From Toensbergia leucococca (lineage: Eukaryota), in assembly GCA_022813965.1 (NCBI GenBank), contig JALDZS010000013.1:186001-233376 (forward strand): 47,376 nt of DNA, given 5' to 3'. Position 1 is the stretch's first letter; each line of letters starts with the position of its first letter. Both the position numbers and the translations under genes were made by a program. Positions 1 to 11,796 of this stretch are shown here, one piece after another. Under the pieces are notes generated by a model. That model was not told the origin of the DNA. It saw only the letters and a list, made by a program, of their open reading frames with translations, and searched no databases.

Positions 1-3000
1 TTTGCTGACAGAGCATGGACATCGGCGCCATGGTCCACCAGCATCTGGAACATGGGTTGTCTGTTCCAACGTACAGCTTCCAGCACAGGCGTCCTACCAG
101 CAGCACCGCATGGCAGATTGATAGTCTCGATACGCCACTCGTGGGTGAACATGTAATTGACAACTTCATCGTGCGCCTCTGAGACGGCAAAATGTAGTAA
201 ACTTCCGACAAATTGGCTTTGGAAATTGATGAGTCTAGTCTTCTCGCGCAAAAGGTCGAGTGTCGCATGCAGGCGGTGCATGTAGTCAGCACCGTTCCGT
301 AAGATCATTGAAAACTTATCAGCTGCGTGGACTGCGGCTTTCACAAGAGGTCCATATAGTAAAGCAAATCTCTTGTCCTTGTTGCCGTCAGACGTAGTCC
401 GAGTGACTTTCCCTTCCAGATGTTCGATGATGATGCGTAGACATTCGTGATGATGATAGAATGCAGCCCATGCCATCGGGCTCTGAATTGCGCCTGGGTG
501 ATAATCCGTAGGGTCAGGGTCAGCACCGTGCTCGAGCAGAGTTTTGACTATGACAGGTCTGTTGTGGTGGACGGCCCAGCTTAATGCCGTTCCTGGTAAT
601 TGAAAATCAACGTCGATAGTACTTGGAAGCTCCGAGTGGCAGACCCTTTCATATGTCGTTGCATCTATACTAGCACCTTTTGCCAGTAGGTCTCTTGTCA
701 ACGGCTCAATATATTGATCATCGAAGGATATCAGCCAATGTAGCGGTGTTTCGCCATTCTTTGCCGCCATTGAGGCATTTGCATTGTATTTCTGTAAGCA
801 GTAAATAACGATCCCGCCGTGGCCCGATCGACACGCACACAACAAAGGTGTTTCCCCCAGCGGGTTCGAAATGTTGATATCCATATGAAAATTGACGACC
901 AGGGAACGGAAGGGCTTCAATCTACCACAAGCAGCAACAAAGTGAAGAACAGTATCCCCCCTTTTGTTGATGATGAGTTCTGGAAGATTTGGGGAACTTT
1001 TGACCTGTTCCATAAGCCAGCCATCATTGATCCACTGGCTCTGTGTGAATCCACGAAGCATTTCACCGTTATCAAACCAAGTTGCACCCACTCCTCCCGT
1101 AACGTCGGTAATCCAGCGATGTACGCGTTCCATGCTCTCAACTGAACTGACCTTTCGAAGATCTTCGAACGCAGGTCTAGATCCCGCCTTGGCAAAAACC
1201 TCCAGATACTCTCTCCCTGGTGGCTCGGTTTGACTGCTCATAGTAGACTCATTTGGAGATTGCATTTTTGGTACGCTGTCATCATCACCATTCATGCAAG
1301 CGTTAAAAATTCTATACATGTATGCTTGAGCAAGAAGGGACTTAGCTGCTACTGCATGCTCCAGCGTTTCCAACGATTTAATGACACTCGTTGTACAGCC
1401 ATATCCGTTCAAGTAGAATGCACAGAGAGGGAAAAGTTGGGATGTTTCTGATCCGGTCAACGAATCAAAGACGAAATTTTGAATCGAAGGATCGAGACTT
1501 CGCATTTGCTGCCATGAAATCCAGCGATGCTATCGAGTTTAGCTACAACGCGTCTATACGGGTACCGTTTCGCACCTACTTTGTACCCTTTCAGTGTCCA
1601 CGAAGGCAGTATCGTGTTTGTTTCAGTCGCTTGAAGGGCTGTATTCTTTTCCGTAGACAAGTTCGATCTAAGCTTAATCTTAGGACAAGGTATCTTGTAC
1701 ATGAAGAAAAATTGTATACGATGGGAGTTTGAGATCTTACGTGCGTGGCACCAAATCTTTGGATTTATCAGGCTCGACGGTGCGTGTAAAATGCTTCACT
1801 TCACTACTGTGGTTTGTAATGGTCATCGTTATCTGGTTTTCACCATATTCGATCTGACAGCTTTCAGCGAAGTATGGCCACTCTTATAGTTGCCAACATA
1901 CATCTGAAGAGTTTCGAATGCCATGCTTATCACTACAATGATGTGAGGTTAGCAAGCATACAGTGCAGATGCCTAGCACTGATTCTGTGGGATAACTCAA
2001 GCCGAGGAGCTAGCCTGTGAGCCATGCCTTGGGTGTTTTCTGAAAAACTCATATTCGCCAAAGTAACACCATTTCACATGACGCCAGTCTGTCGGCCGGT
2101 AATCCCAACTCACCCTAAATTGTTGTCATCTTCTTCAAGGTCTGATTCCAGTAATTGGACGATAACATCCAGATCTCGCTCAGCAGGGTCTAACTTCAAA
2201 GCATGCTCGAATATGTCGTCGAGGCTCTTGATGAGCGGACAGAGAGAGATTGTACCATGAAGCTTAGCAAAAAGCTCCTCTCGCAGTCCTGGATAATCCT
2301 TGCTCAAATTTTCAAAGGAGTGTATCGTGCTCGTATTTTCGACACCGATATCTATTTTTGTAAATAACCAGCGCAAAAACCAATCATTGGTTTTGGCTAT
2401 CTCAAGCAACCCATCAGTCGCCTTGAGGCTCTCGATCTCTGTAGGTCTTGCAGCTTCCGGCAGCGTAGCGGGTAAGATGAAGTCAAACGGGCTTTTTCCA
2501 TCGAGACAAATGAGCCATATGAGGAGTCCCAGTGAGTAAATATCGGTCTGATATAGTTCTTTGACGGGGATGGGAGCCTTTGTTTCTGGTGCTTTCCATG
2601 GGTTAGTGCCTCCCATCCATAATTCGGCTTTTTCGGTCGTTTCGACCACGGAAAAGCCAAAATCGGCAATCTTGGCAATATATTTTCGATTTTTGGCAGC
2701 GCAGATGAGTACGTTCTCGGCTTTGATATCTCCGTGCACGATACCCGCTTGGTGCATGGCGGAAATGCCGCGAGCGATATCTAGAGAAAGGATATGCTTG
2801 GTCTTGAAGTCCCGCGGCATGTTCTTCCCCAAGATATCGGCCAAGGTGCCATGTTGCGCGTATTCAACGATGAGGGCAGGCAATTTGTGGATGGGAGAGA
2901 ATGGATTGGAACCCCAAGCAAGGCCGAGGAAGTCGATGATGTTAGCATGGTGATACAATGGAGGATAAATCAAGGCATGATATTCAGTGAGCACGCTCTG

Positions 3001-3453
3001 CAGAGCCCTACGGTATTCTGGCAAAGGCTCGCCATTGTCTCCGAAGGCCACTCTCGCGATCTTATATACAACATATTCTGGTCTTGGTGGGGCAGGCATA
3101 GACTTGGTGACTGACGATTCGTCACTATGAGTTGTGACCTCGATTCTCTTGGGAGCGCTCGGGATCTTCTGAAGACTGGCAGAAAATGAGGCGCCATGAC
3201 CCAGAAGAAGCGAGGAATCGACAGCTTCGGCTTGGAGAAAGACTGAAGGGATATGCTTGGTGAGCAAATTCGGGGTATCACGCGAAGGAGTAATCAGATC
3301 GAAGACATGAGGGATATAGTCTTCGCGTCTTGTTGCTGTAGTTGTATCTATATCTTGAAGTACAGAGGCCAGTGGAAGGGCGGAATCATACGAGTACGAG
3401 GAGTCGTTGGCAAAGGTGGAACGTGGTGGCGTCCTGGGTCTGTCGGACGACAT
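1..3453 (-). CDS. Protein kinase – Sel1-like – ankyrin-repeat protein (multi-exon; 3' end outside the window)
   Basis: Exon 1 (ORF 2110..3453) has a Gly loop LGHGASF, VVYK, HGDIKAEN and DFG, and ends at a GTGAGT donor (2113-2108). A long unlisted minus-strand open frame from ~1530 to base 1 reads HRWISWQQMRSLDPSIQ…LCAFYLNGYGC (Sel1-like), then ankyrin motifs GDTVLHFVA, GETPLLCAC, GETPLHWL, GTALSWAV…LLEHGADP, GRTPVLEAV…LVDHGADV. The small exons between ~1700 and 2110 were not fully resolved, so the fusion into one gene is inferred. Confidence 0.75.
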
Positions 3454-3817
3454 GTTTGTTCAAGCACTGAAGCAGCAATCAAGATTCAAGTGTTTGTGAC
3501 TATGATAATCTGTCTATTCATATTGGAGGCCCACCGGAGACATTTGGACCTCATCTCCTCATCTCCTCATCCTCATCTCCAAAATCCGAAGCTCGCTTGT
3601 GGCGCAGTAACTCAGCTACCTTGTTGGGCTTAGGGCTTGGAATAGAATAGATTAGCTTCGGGCTAGCCTCTCTCCTCTATCCTATGGAGCTGCACAACGA
3701 ACTTGTTTTTTGACTTGACCATGACCATGTATGCCAGACTGTGCAAGTCTCAACAATGGCTTCTACCATGTTGCCATAGTATAGACCAGCTGACAGTAAC
3801 TATTCTGTTACCTCCCA

Positions 3818-5593
3818 ATGGATCCTCTATCCCTTGCTGGTCTAGGCCTCGGCGCCACCTCTCTTGCCTTTCAGCTCTTCGCCGGTTGCATCCAGGGATT
3901 TGTATGGCTATCAACAGCTCACAATCTCGGCAGAGATAGCACAACCCTGATATGTATGCTGAATCTGCAGGAGATCAAATTGACCGATTGGGCCCAACGA
4001 GCAGGCCTACTAGGAGAGGAACGGACTCTAGATAGGAGACTGAATGAAAAAGTTATTGAAGCGCTATTGAAAGAATTACATGATCTATTACTAGATACCG
4101 ACAAGCTCAAGAGCCGCTACAAACTTGACTTGATTGCAGGCCCCGATGCAGGATCGGGAGAAATGCGACATGTATCTCCGCGAGTATCAAGAGGCATCCT
4201 GAGCCATGCTATATCCAACGAGCTGCGGGGAGAGGTGCTGCAGCGTGCCAATTTGATTCAATCCAAGAACAGCTTTCCTCGCCGTTTATGGTGGGCCGCG
4301 GTCGACAAGAGCAAATTCGAAGATCTCATAGAAAGAATTGGCTTCTTCGTTGGCGAGCTCTGGGAGCTCCTTGATCTGAGAAGTCGGGATAATATGTCTC
4401 GGAGACTTGAGACAATTCTTTCCCATGTCATCAATATGAGCGAGAAGATGGAGGAACTCTCTTCACTACGTGAAACGCTACAGCTGGACTCTCCTGCGAC
4501 CTGCTCTTTAACGATTCAGAGTAGATGCCTATCACTAGCAAGCGCAGCAGACATCAAAGCAGTTGGTCTCAACATCAGAGCTTATGACTTTGTTGACTCT
4601 ACAGAGGACGAGACCACAATTTTTCCATCACAAGGTCTCTCAAAACAGCACGTGGCAGATCTTGACAAGGCCAATCTCAAAGACTTCATACCAATGAAGA
4701 GCGATTGTGACATGGGCCTCGCTAGGTACAAAGAGGCGATTGTGTTCGTCGAATGGAAAGCCGTTCCCGTCCAGTCTCGAACCAAAATCGTCGAACGGGC
4801 CAAGAACCTCGCTGTGCTCCTGAATGCACCAAAGCATCCCGACTTTCGCTCTTTGCATTGCAAAGGCATAGCTCGCGATAACAATGCTGCCAAAATTGCC
4901 TTTGTCTACGACTGGCCCGCGCAAAACACCGCGCAACCTCCCTTGACACTACGCAGTCTTTTCAAAATCACACCCAGCGTCACTACACGGCTACAGCTCG
5001 CTCTGCAATTGATACGGACCCTCAAATGTTTCCACACCGCAGGCTGGCTGCACAAGAATTTGAGATCGGAATACATTCTTTTCTTCAATCACCCAGATGC
5101 TGGCAACCAGGCTCCATTACTCAACCCCATCCTCGCTGGTTTTGCATTCTCCCGGCTCAACTCTCCGAGCGAGATCTCGGAACAGCCGTCATCAGATCCA
5201 CAGCGGGACATATATCGGCATCCCGAAGCCATGGGCGAGCCCTCGGTCTCCTTCACCGCAGCCAAAGATGTCTACGCTCTGGGCATCATGCTTGTCGAAA
5301 TCGGGGAATGGCGCTCTCTGAGAAGCCTGGTGGAGAAAGTCGTCGATGTAAGCAAAGCGAACGTTCCGACGAATCGACTGGAAAAAGTGAGACCGTTCCT
5401 GTTGGACGATGGTCCGAAAGGAGGGCTGGGAATGTTGAAGTATCGGATGGGAGATGTTTATGTCGCCGTTGCGAAGATGATGTTGAGTGGCAAGATCCCG
5501 CAGAGCTGGGACTACACAAGGGACTCGGGTTTGATCTTTCGCCCGGATCTGTTGGATGTAGCGATTCGCGAATTGGGGAGGTGTATCATCTAA
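3818..5593 (+). CDS. HeLo (prion-inhibition/propagation-like) N-terminal domain + C-terminal pseudokinase, 591 aa, intronless
   Basis: The N-terminus MDPLSLAGLGLGATSLAFQLFAGCIQGF…LNLQEIKLTDWAQRAGL and RRLWWAAVDKSKFEDLI are typical of HeLo domains. The C-terminal kinase fold has RLQLALQL…FHTAGWLHKNLRSEYILFF, ILAGFAFSR, YRHPE and DVYALGIMLVEIGEW, with HRD and DFG replaced. Confidence 0.85.
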   Translation: MDPLSLAGLGLGATSLAFQLFAGCIQGFVWLSTAHNLGRDSTTLICMLNLQEIKLTDWAQRAGLLGEERTLDRRLNEKVIEALLKELHDLLLDTDKLKSRYKLDLIAGPDAGSGEMRHVSPRVSRGILSHAISNELRGEVLQRANLIQSKNSFPRRLWWAAVDKSKFEDLIERIGFFVGELWELLDLRSRDNMSRRLETILSHVINMSEKMEELSSLRETLQLDSPATCSLTIQSRCLSLASAADIKAVGLNIRAYDFVDSTEDETTIFPSQGLSKQHVADLDKANLKDFIPMKSDCDMGLARYKEAIVFVEWKAVPVQSRTKIVERAKNLAVLLNAPKHPDFRSLHCKGIARDNNAAKIAFVYDWPAQNTAQPPLTLRSLFKITPSVTTRLQLALQLIRTLKCFHTAGWLHKNLRSEYILFFNHPDAGNQAPLLNPILAGFAFSRLNSPSEISEQPSSDPQRDIYRHPEAMGEPSVSFTAAKDVYALGIMLVEIGEWRSLRSLVEKVVDVSKANVPTNRLEKVRPFLLDDGPKGGLGMLKYRMGDVYVAVAKMMLSGKIPQSWDYTRDSGLIFRPDLLDVAIRELGRCII

Positions 5594-5743
5594 AAGCCAT
5601 CTTTCATGACCATTTTGTCTCAGGAACTGATTTTTATCCTCATTATTCTTGTGTAAATACTATGACACACAAATGTCTCAAATCAGAAACAAAAACTTAT
5701 GATAAAGGTGATTATGAATTTGAAGATCGACAAAAAGCTGGTA

Positions 5744-5746
<3 letters not shown>

Positions 5747-5784
<38 letters not shown>
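5747..5784. repeat. (GA)19 microsatellite
   Basis: Perfect GA run read directly. Confidence 0.95.
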
Positions 5785-5786
<2 letters not shown>

Positions 5787-5907
5787 ACGGCAAAAGGTCA
5801 TGGGGGTCTGAGTGTTTGAGAGAAACGGGGGGTTGAATATATGCGCTAGGATACATGTATTTGAATATAGAGTAGGTAACCCAAGGTAACCCAGGTAGTG
5901 AGCCTGG

Positions 5908-5950
5908 GTAGAGTAGAGTAGAGTAGAGTAGAGTAGAGTAGAGTAGAGTA
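5908..5950. repeat. (GAGTA)8 microsatellite
   Basis: Perfect pentanucleotide run read directly. Confidence 0.95.
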
Positions 5951-6202
5951 AAATCTCTCACCTAGTAAAGAAACAAAATTCAAAAAACCTCAGGATATCG
6001 AATATTTTTTCTCTTGAGAGAAAAAAGCCATCAACTAATCATCTCAAAATCACTAAATGTAGCTTATACATCTCAAAGTCGCAGCTCGTCCTAAGACGAC
6101 AACAAACAAAAAAAGTGAATAATAAGATAGCCAAGATCCATGACCAAGCATCATCCTATATACAGAATCAAAATCAACCTCCACCTCACACCACTCATCC
6201 AA

Positions 6203-9200
6203 TCAATCCTCGCTCCTCTCCCCCTCCCCCTGGTAATTAGTCGCACTTCGATGCCTCGACAATATATTTTGCGCATCTAAAACATCCTGCTCGTTATCCT
6301 GATCCTCCTCCTCATCGCTGCTCCCGCCCGTATCCTGCACCGCATCACCTTTCCCGTCCAACCCGGCTTCCACAGGTCGTCTCTTACGCTCAAAGTCCTG
6401 CGCGTGCGCTTGCGCCATGATGGTACCTACGCGATTGATGCCACGCTGGATGGGTGTTTGGGGGTTTTGGCGACGGCGGAGGGAGCCGGATGAAGGGACG
6501 GTGCCACCTGTGAGGGCGCTTTCGAGGTCGGCGCCCGAGGTAGCGTGCGGTCTTGTAGGCTGTGCAAGGACCGGTGGACGAATGGTGCCTGGGGACGGAG
6601 GTTCATCGGGGGAGATGTGGTGGTCCTCGGGAGGCGTGCTGGTAGGAGATGGGATGTCGTAGGGAAGGGGTACGTCGCGGGATGCTCTAAAGCGGCCGAC
6701 ATTGGTGCAGTGTTCGTTCTCAACACGAAAGAGGGTCCATATGCCTCTGCGGCAGATTTCAGACAAGCCGACGACGAAGCTGAGAACAGCCGAGTGCTGG
6801 AGATCGTTGGAGAAGATGGCATAGAAGATCCAATTGAAACGGAGGATTGGATCGAGGATCATGGCGAGGTAGTAGACCCAGGGCCTTTTGTAGCCGAGGA
6901 CGTCTCGAAGAAATGGATGCTTGGCGTAGGGATTGCAAAGACCTAGGGATATTAGTATATGATGCTTCTCGTAATACAATCGGTACATACTCCAATCCAT
7001 GGCTAGATCCCAGACAGCTATCGGATGTCAGCGCACCGCCGCCGAAGTGGTCCCAGGAGGACTTACAGGTGTAAACAGAGTTGATAGTAGCACAGGCAAT
7101 AAACAACGCTTTTAGATGCATTACTTTATCAATTCGATACATGCTGAGAGTCATGTAGAACAAGATTGTAAACGTATATTTGCCGCAATTGACCAGATGA
7201 GGAAATCCATTTTGGGTATCATAGTAACGACGCAAACACTGCAGAGCCCGCCAAATGCCAGGAAGAGTCGTGAAAAATCCTAAAAGTCGAGAATTGGTCG
7301 AGTTACACAGGCCTGGATTATTCCAGTGTCGTGCGTAAAGACAAAAGAAAAGTTCGAGGTTCTTTGGTCAAGTCAGAACAACGCAGAGATCAATGACCAT
7401 GAGGAGAGATGCTTACTCCCATCGCATATGTCTCGGAACAGTACATATCACCAAGGAAGAAGTCTCTAAATTCAACAGGATACAACCCTGCAAGCAGTAG
7501 CCTAAACTATTAAAAGTCTTAGCTTTGCAGCATACGTGCCATATGTTAGTTTACTTACATTGGAGTATGCAAACCACTGCCTGCTACGATGGTAAAGGAT
7601 TGGGCCGGGACAAAACAAAATCAATACTGTAAGACCAACTAATACCACAGGCCAGTAGAGAAACATGGCGTCCGACCCTGACTGCTGGAAGTTAAGCCAT
7701 AGGAATAGGCCTTCTAGGAGAAGAAAAAAGCAAGGAAGCTGTTAATATTGTTAGATATATGTTATTACTCTAGACTAGGACACTTGCCTCAGATAGCTGC
7801 CGCCAATCTAGATTATGCCGAGAATCAAACTCGAAGATGAAGACGTAGTTGATCTTAGCCTGGGACCACACTCTGCAATCTATACAAAACAAAAGGAACA
7901 GGAATAGTCCCAAAAAGTAACCACCATAGATCTACAACCATTGTCAGTCGCTTGCAGCTTCTTGGCCAAGGGAAGACTCGATTACCTGTAATAAATAGCT
8001 TGCGTTGATCCGCACCACGGGATCTGGATCTGATAGATGCTCGGTGCCATACACAAGACCTTGGATAGCAAATACAAGTCCAGTGGCAATCATGAATCCG
8101 TTGCGAAAGACGCTTCCGCTGTAGTTTGCGTCTCTGGATTTCTTGCTCCTTAGCTTTCCTACAGCAACTTTGTGGTTCCCTCGTTCAAAGTATCTCGCAT
8201 AAAGGTCTTCGACTGCCACAATCTGCCCGTCAAGTACTTCGCTTTGCACGAACCATGCCTTGTTGACCTTTTCCGACATATAACGACCAGTCGGTCGAGC
8301 GTTCACTGCTTTGTCATATTTCTTACTAATCTTTCGGAAAGCTGTCCTGTTTAGCAAGGCATAAGCCTTGAGAAGCTCGAGGCCCCTGTAAAACTCTTGC
8401 AAAGCGAGCTTGAGCTTTCTTTTAGCCGATTGATATGGCACATCGTCATGATAAGTCGGACGACGAGTGAAGTCTCGCCGTGAGTCGGCACGAGCATGAT
8501 CCGCAGGGTAGCGTGGCGTCGGACCAGGCGGAGAGCCCATTTGCTCGAGGGCTTTGGTGTTCTTGCCGAAATGTTGACCTCCTACTCCAATTGCATTTCC
8601 TATTGGCTTCATCCAATTGAAAGTGGACGGGTTCTGCCCTCCGTCCGCGTTATGACTAGAACCATGAGCATTAACTTGGCGAAGATGTTCATGATCCCTC
8701 GCTGTTTGTTCTTTAAGTTTCTGCGCGGCAATAACTTCTTCCATTCTACGATCTCGCATTACGTGGAGCTGTTCTCTCAATATCCGGAGACGATGACCGG
8801 CTTCTTCTTCCTTCATCCTATAAAAAGACTCGATCATTTCAAGCTGCTTATCTAAGAAGTTAAAATATTCTCCCTGTCGAAGATCAAACTCCTTGTATGC
8901 CTGAAGCGGAAGGTCTCCTTGTGGCGACTCCAATCCAGCAGTAGAGAACAACCGCCGTAGTAGTGGTGGACGTGCTGGAGACAGCCCGCCATCGGGGGTT
9001 GAAAGAGTCCTCCTGGGTTTGAATAGACTTTTGTGCTTTTGAAGTAAGGAAGCATTGATCTTTGACGGCGTATGAGTCCTTCCAACCTCGTAAGCATCAC
9101 CCGCAGTGCTTGCAGTGCGTCTGACTGTGGGTGTCGCATTGGGGTTCAGGCGGCTATTTCTCCAGGCCCGATTATGGCGAGGAAACGAATCTTCATGGTT

Positions 9201-9859
9201 AGGGGATATCGCTGGATCGGGTAACTCCAGTGCTGGTGGTCCAACTGGACCTATATGAGCAGGAGGAGACGACATGATACTGCCGTAATTTGTCATTGTA
9301 CCACTATCCCACGGCGAGCGCGATTCGTCATCAAACTTCAGCGGCCGCCGTTCCACGCTATCCATCCCCCACGGCTTTTTGAAGAATATCGGAGATTCTC
9401 CAGCCGCTGCCGTACTGCTACCGGAAAAGTGTTTGGCCGAAGTTGTATCGACATCGGGCGGAGAGACATTGCTGAAGTCGAGTGACGAGCGTGACGTATT
9501 GCGCCCGTTGGGGACTATTTCGACAAAGGAAGAGTCTATGGGTGAATGGTGTTGAGCGGACGATTGGAAGGCGGCAGCCTGGAAGAGGTTGGCAGGTCCG
9601 CGACGTCCAGGGATACTAGGGGTTTGGTTGACACCTTTCAAGGCCCTTGCGACGGCCTTGACTTTCTTCTTGCCAGTCTATCGGGTGGTAGGTCAGCTGC
9701 GGAAAAGCAATTGAAGACGGAGCACTTACCTTGTAGTCCAGATACTTGGCTGTCCATTCTGGAACCAGATCTTGCTCGAGTTCCCTATTTGGGCGGGTCA
9801 ATTGAATCACTTGAGGCCAGGTGGCTGGGCAGAGGGCGGACTCACTTTGCGAATTTCAT
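6203..9859 (-). CDS. SYG1: SPX-EXS domain protein (Syg1/XPR1 family), multi-exon
   Basis: Starts MKFAK|ELEQDLVPEWTAKYLDYK (SPX N-terminus). Also LKAYALLNRTAFRKISKKYDK (SPX lysine cluster) and the EXS motifs HLVNCGKY, DWS and RRGIWTLFRVENEH. Confidence 0.93.
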
Positions 9860-10512
9860 GGTTGGCCGACGAAGGGGAATAATGAGTGATTGCAAATAGT
9901 AGCATTGCGGCAGCTCGTCTGTGCTTCACTAATAGTAGAGTCCATTGTAAGTCCAATGTGAATATTAGGGAAAAGCGAGGGGAAGACAAGGCGCATATTA
10001 CATTTTTCCTATCCTCTGGATATTTCCGTCGCAAAGTGAAAAGTTTTGGGCGGAGCCGACGTTGAACGCTTTGGCCGACCCACGTGCCCATAACCTGCCG
10101 TTTTCTCCACAATTGATTGGAGAATTGGAGATTTGCAAAACCTTCTCTACAGTCCATCATACTTGCGTCCTGCCCTAAAGCTTCGTCTTCTGTCCAGAGC
10201 TGACTACATTATGCAACACTCACAAGCGCAGGCGCTCTGTTCTATGACTCCCTTCACAACAATATCAATCCCTCAATCATCAGCTGTGTTTCAGAATAAG
10301 ATCGAGACTGAGCTTAGTATTGTAGACATAAAGTTTCAATCTCACAAACTTCTCTATCAGTCTCGCATCTGCATTTAGAGTAGATTCTAAGCTACCTTAC
10401 TAATTTCAATTAACTACCTTATGCCTTTTGAATCCAATCACTTTGCTCTCGCATCTAAATATCTCGCCAAATCATCATAGGTCGTAGCCGATATAAAGTA
10501 TCGACCAAGCTT

Positions 10513-11275
10513 TTAGTAGTTTCCGTTCCCACCGCCATAACCATCGTCCCTACCTCCATACCCTCCGCGGTCGTCACCGCCATACCCTCCGCCGTTGCCA
10601 CCGCCATATCCTCCGTCATTGCCCCCACCATATCCTCCACCCCCATAACCGCCACGGTTACCACCGCGCTGCTGCTGGAAGTGACTGGGAGCACCGTACT
10701 GGTCTGGGTCGTACTGATCGGCACCTTGGTTCTGAATGTAATGCTCGTCGTACATGTTCATGGCGTTCTGCTTGGCCTTGTGCTGAGCCTCGAGTTTGTC
10801 GTACTCGTTCATACCTATATGCCAAGGTTAGCTTCTGCATCCGAGAAAGGTTCCAAAAGTCCTTCACACTAGAACGTGAACACACCTTTGCTCTCGGCCA
10901 ACCTATCAACTTCCACGCCGACCAGTCCAGCCAGAGCCTCTTTGGCAAATTGATGAGAAACAGGTTTGCCTTTAGGATAAGATTTTAGTCATAGTTCTGA
11001 AGGCGAAGCACATGCAACAGGTGTCGCCCACCTTCCTTGCGCTGATGATCCTCAAAGAGCTTGAAACCCTCAAAAGCGCCAGCCCCGGCGACGAGCTCAT
11101 GTGAGAACTTTGGCTTGTTGTCATCGTCATATCCTACGTTCGAATCATATTGTCCATCTTGACCGTAGACTTGAGCATGAGCATCTTGAGATTCACCTAT
11201 CATAATAATCGTCAGTGCTGGGTATTTAAGAAGTCAAAAGTGATGAGTAGAAGACGAACCCCATCCCCAACCCAT
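10513..11275 (-). CDS. cipC: CipC-like protein with Gly/Tyr/Asn-rich C-terminal tail (4 exons)
   Basis: Spliced product MGWGWG|ESQDAHAQVY…KFSHELVAGAGAFEGFKLFEDHQRKEG|KPVSHQFAKEALAGLVGVEVDRLAESKG|MNEYDK…MYDEHY…QYDP is the CipC pattern. Confidence 0.85.
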
Positions 11276-11796
11276 CTTGTCGAAGTATTGGTGGTTTGAT
11301 TTGTTGATTAAAGTGCTCGAGGTCGAGGGAGATGGAATAAAGATTGCTTTTGTTTTAGAATTGTGTATTTGAGGTGTGTTGTGGAGAAGGAAGAGGAATG
11401 TCGAGAGCGGGGTTAATATATTTGAGCAAACGCTGCCCCGCCATGTGAGACGTGCTTCACTGGATCTATTCATACCGCAATGACGGAAGGCGGCGTTTAG
11501 CTAGGGATCGCTGTATACGTGTACGAGACTGTGATGTGAAGATCCCGCCTACTATTTGTTGGTGACCGAACGGACGTGTCTCATCTCTTAGCATACCGAC
11601 TAAATACTTGCCACAGTTCCCTGTCACGATCAAGATTCCCCGAGGATGATGTAATGCAGATGCTTCTGTACCTGAATTAGTAGCATTCCTGACATACCGA
11701 TCATCACCTCAAACGCCCGTCATTCCGAGCTTGCATGGGCCGTTGTTTCACAAAAGAGACACCATCCAAAGCCTCGTCCCTCGACCGCTTGACAAG

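Noticed and set aside
3200..3817. Amyloid signalling motif (HET-s PFD, PP/RHIM, sigma) linking the kinase and the HeLo protein
   Set aside because: No G/N/Q-rich pseudo-repeat is visible at the kinase N-terminus or at the HeLo protein's linker or C-terminus.
5026..5748. 240-aa alternate-frame ORF (and similar overlapping ORFs such as 16402..17070)
   Set aside because: They overlap well-supported genes in another frame or strand and have no recognisable motifs.
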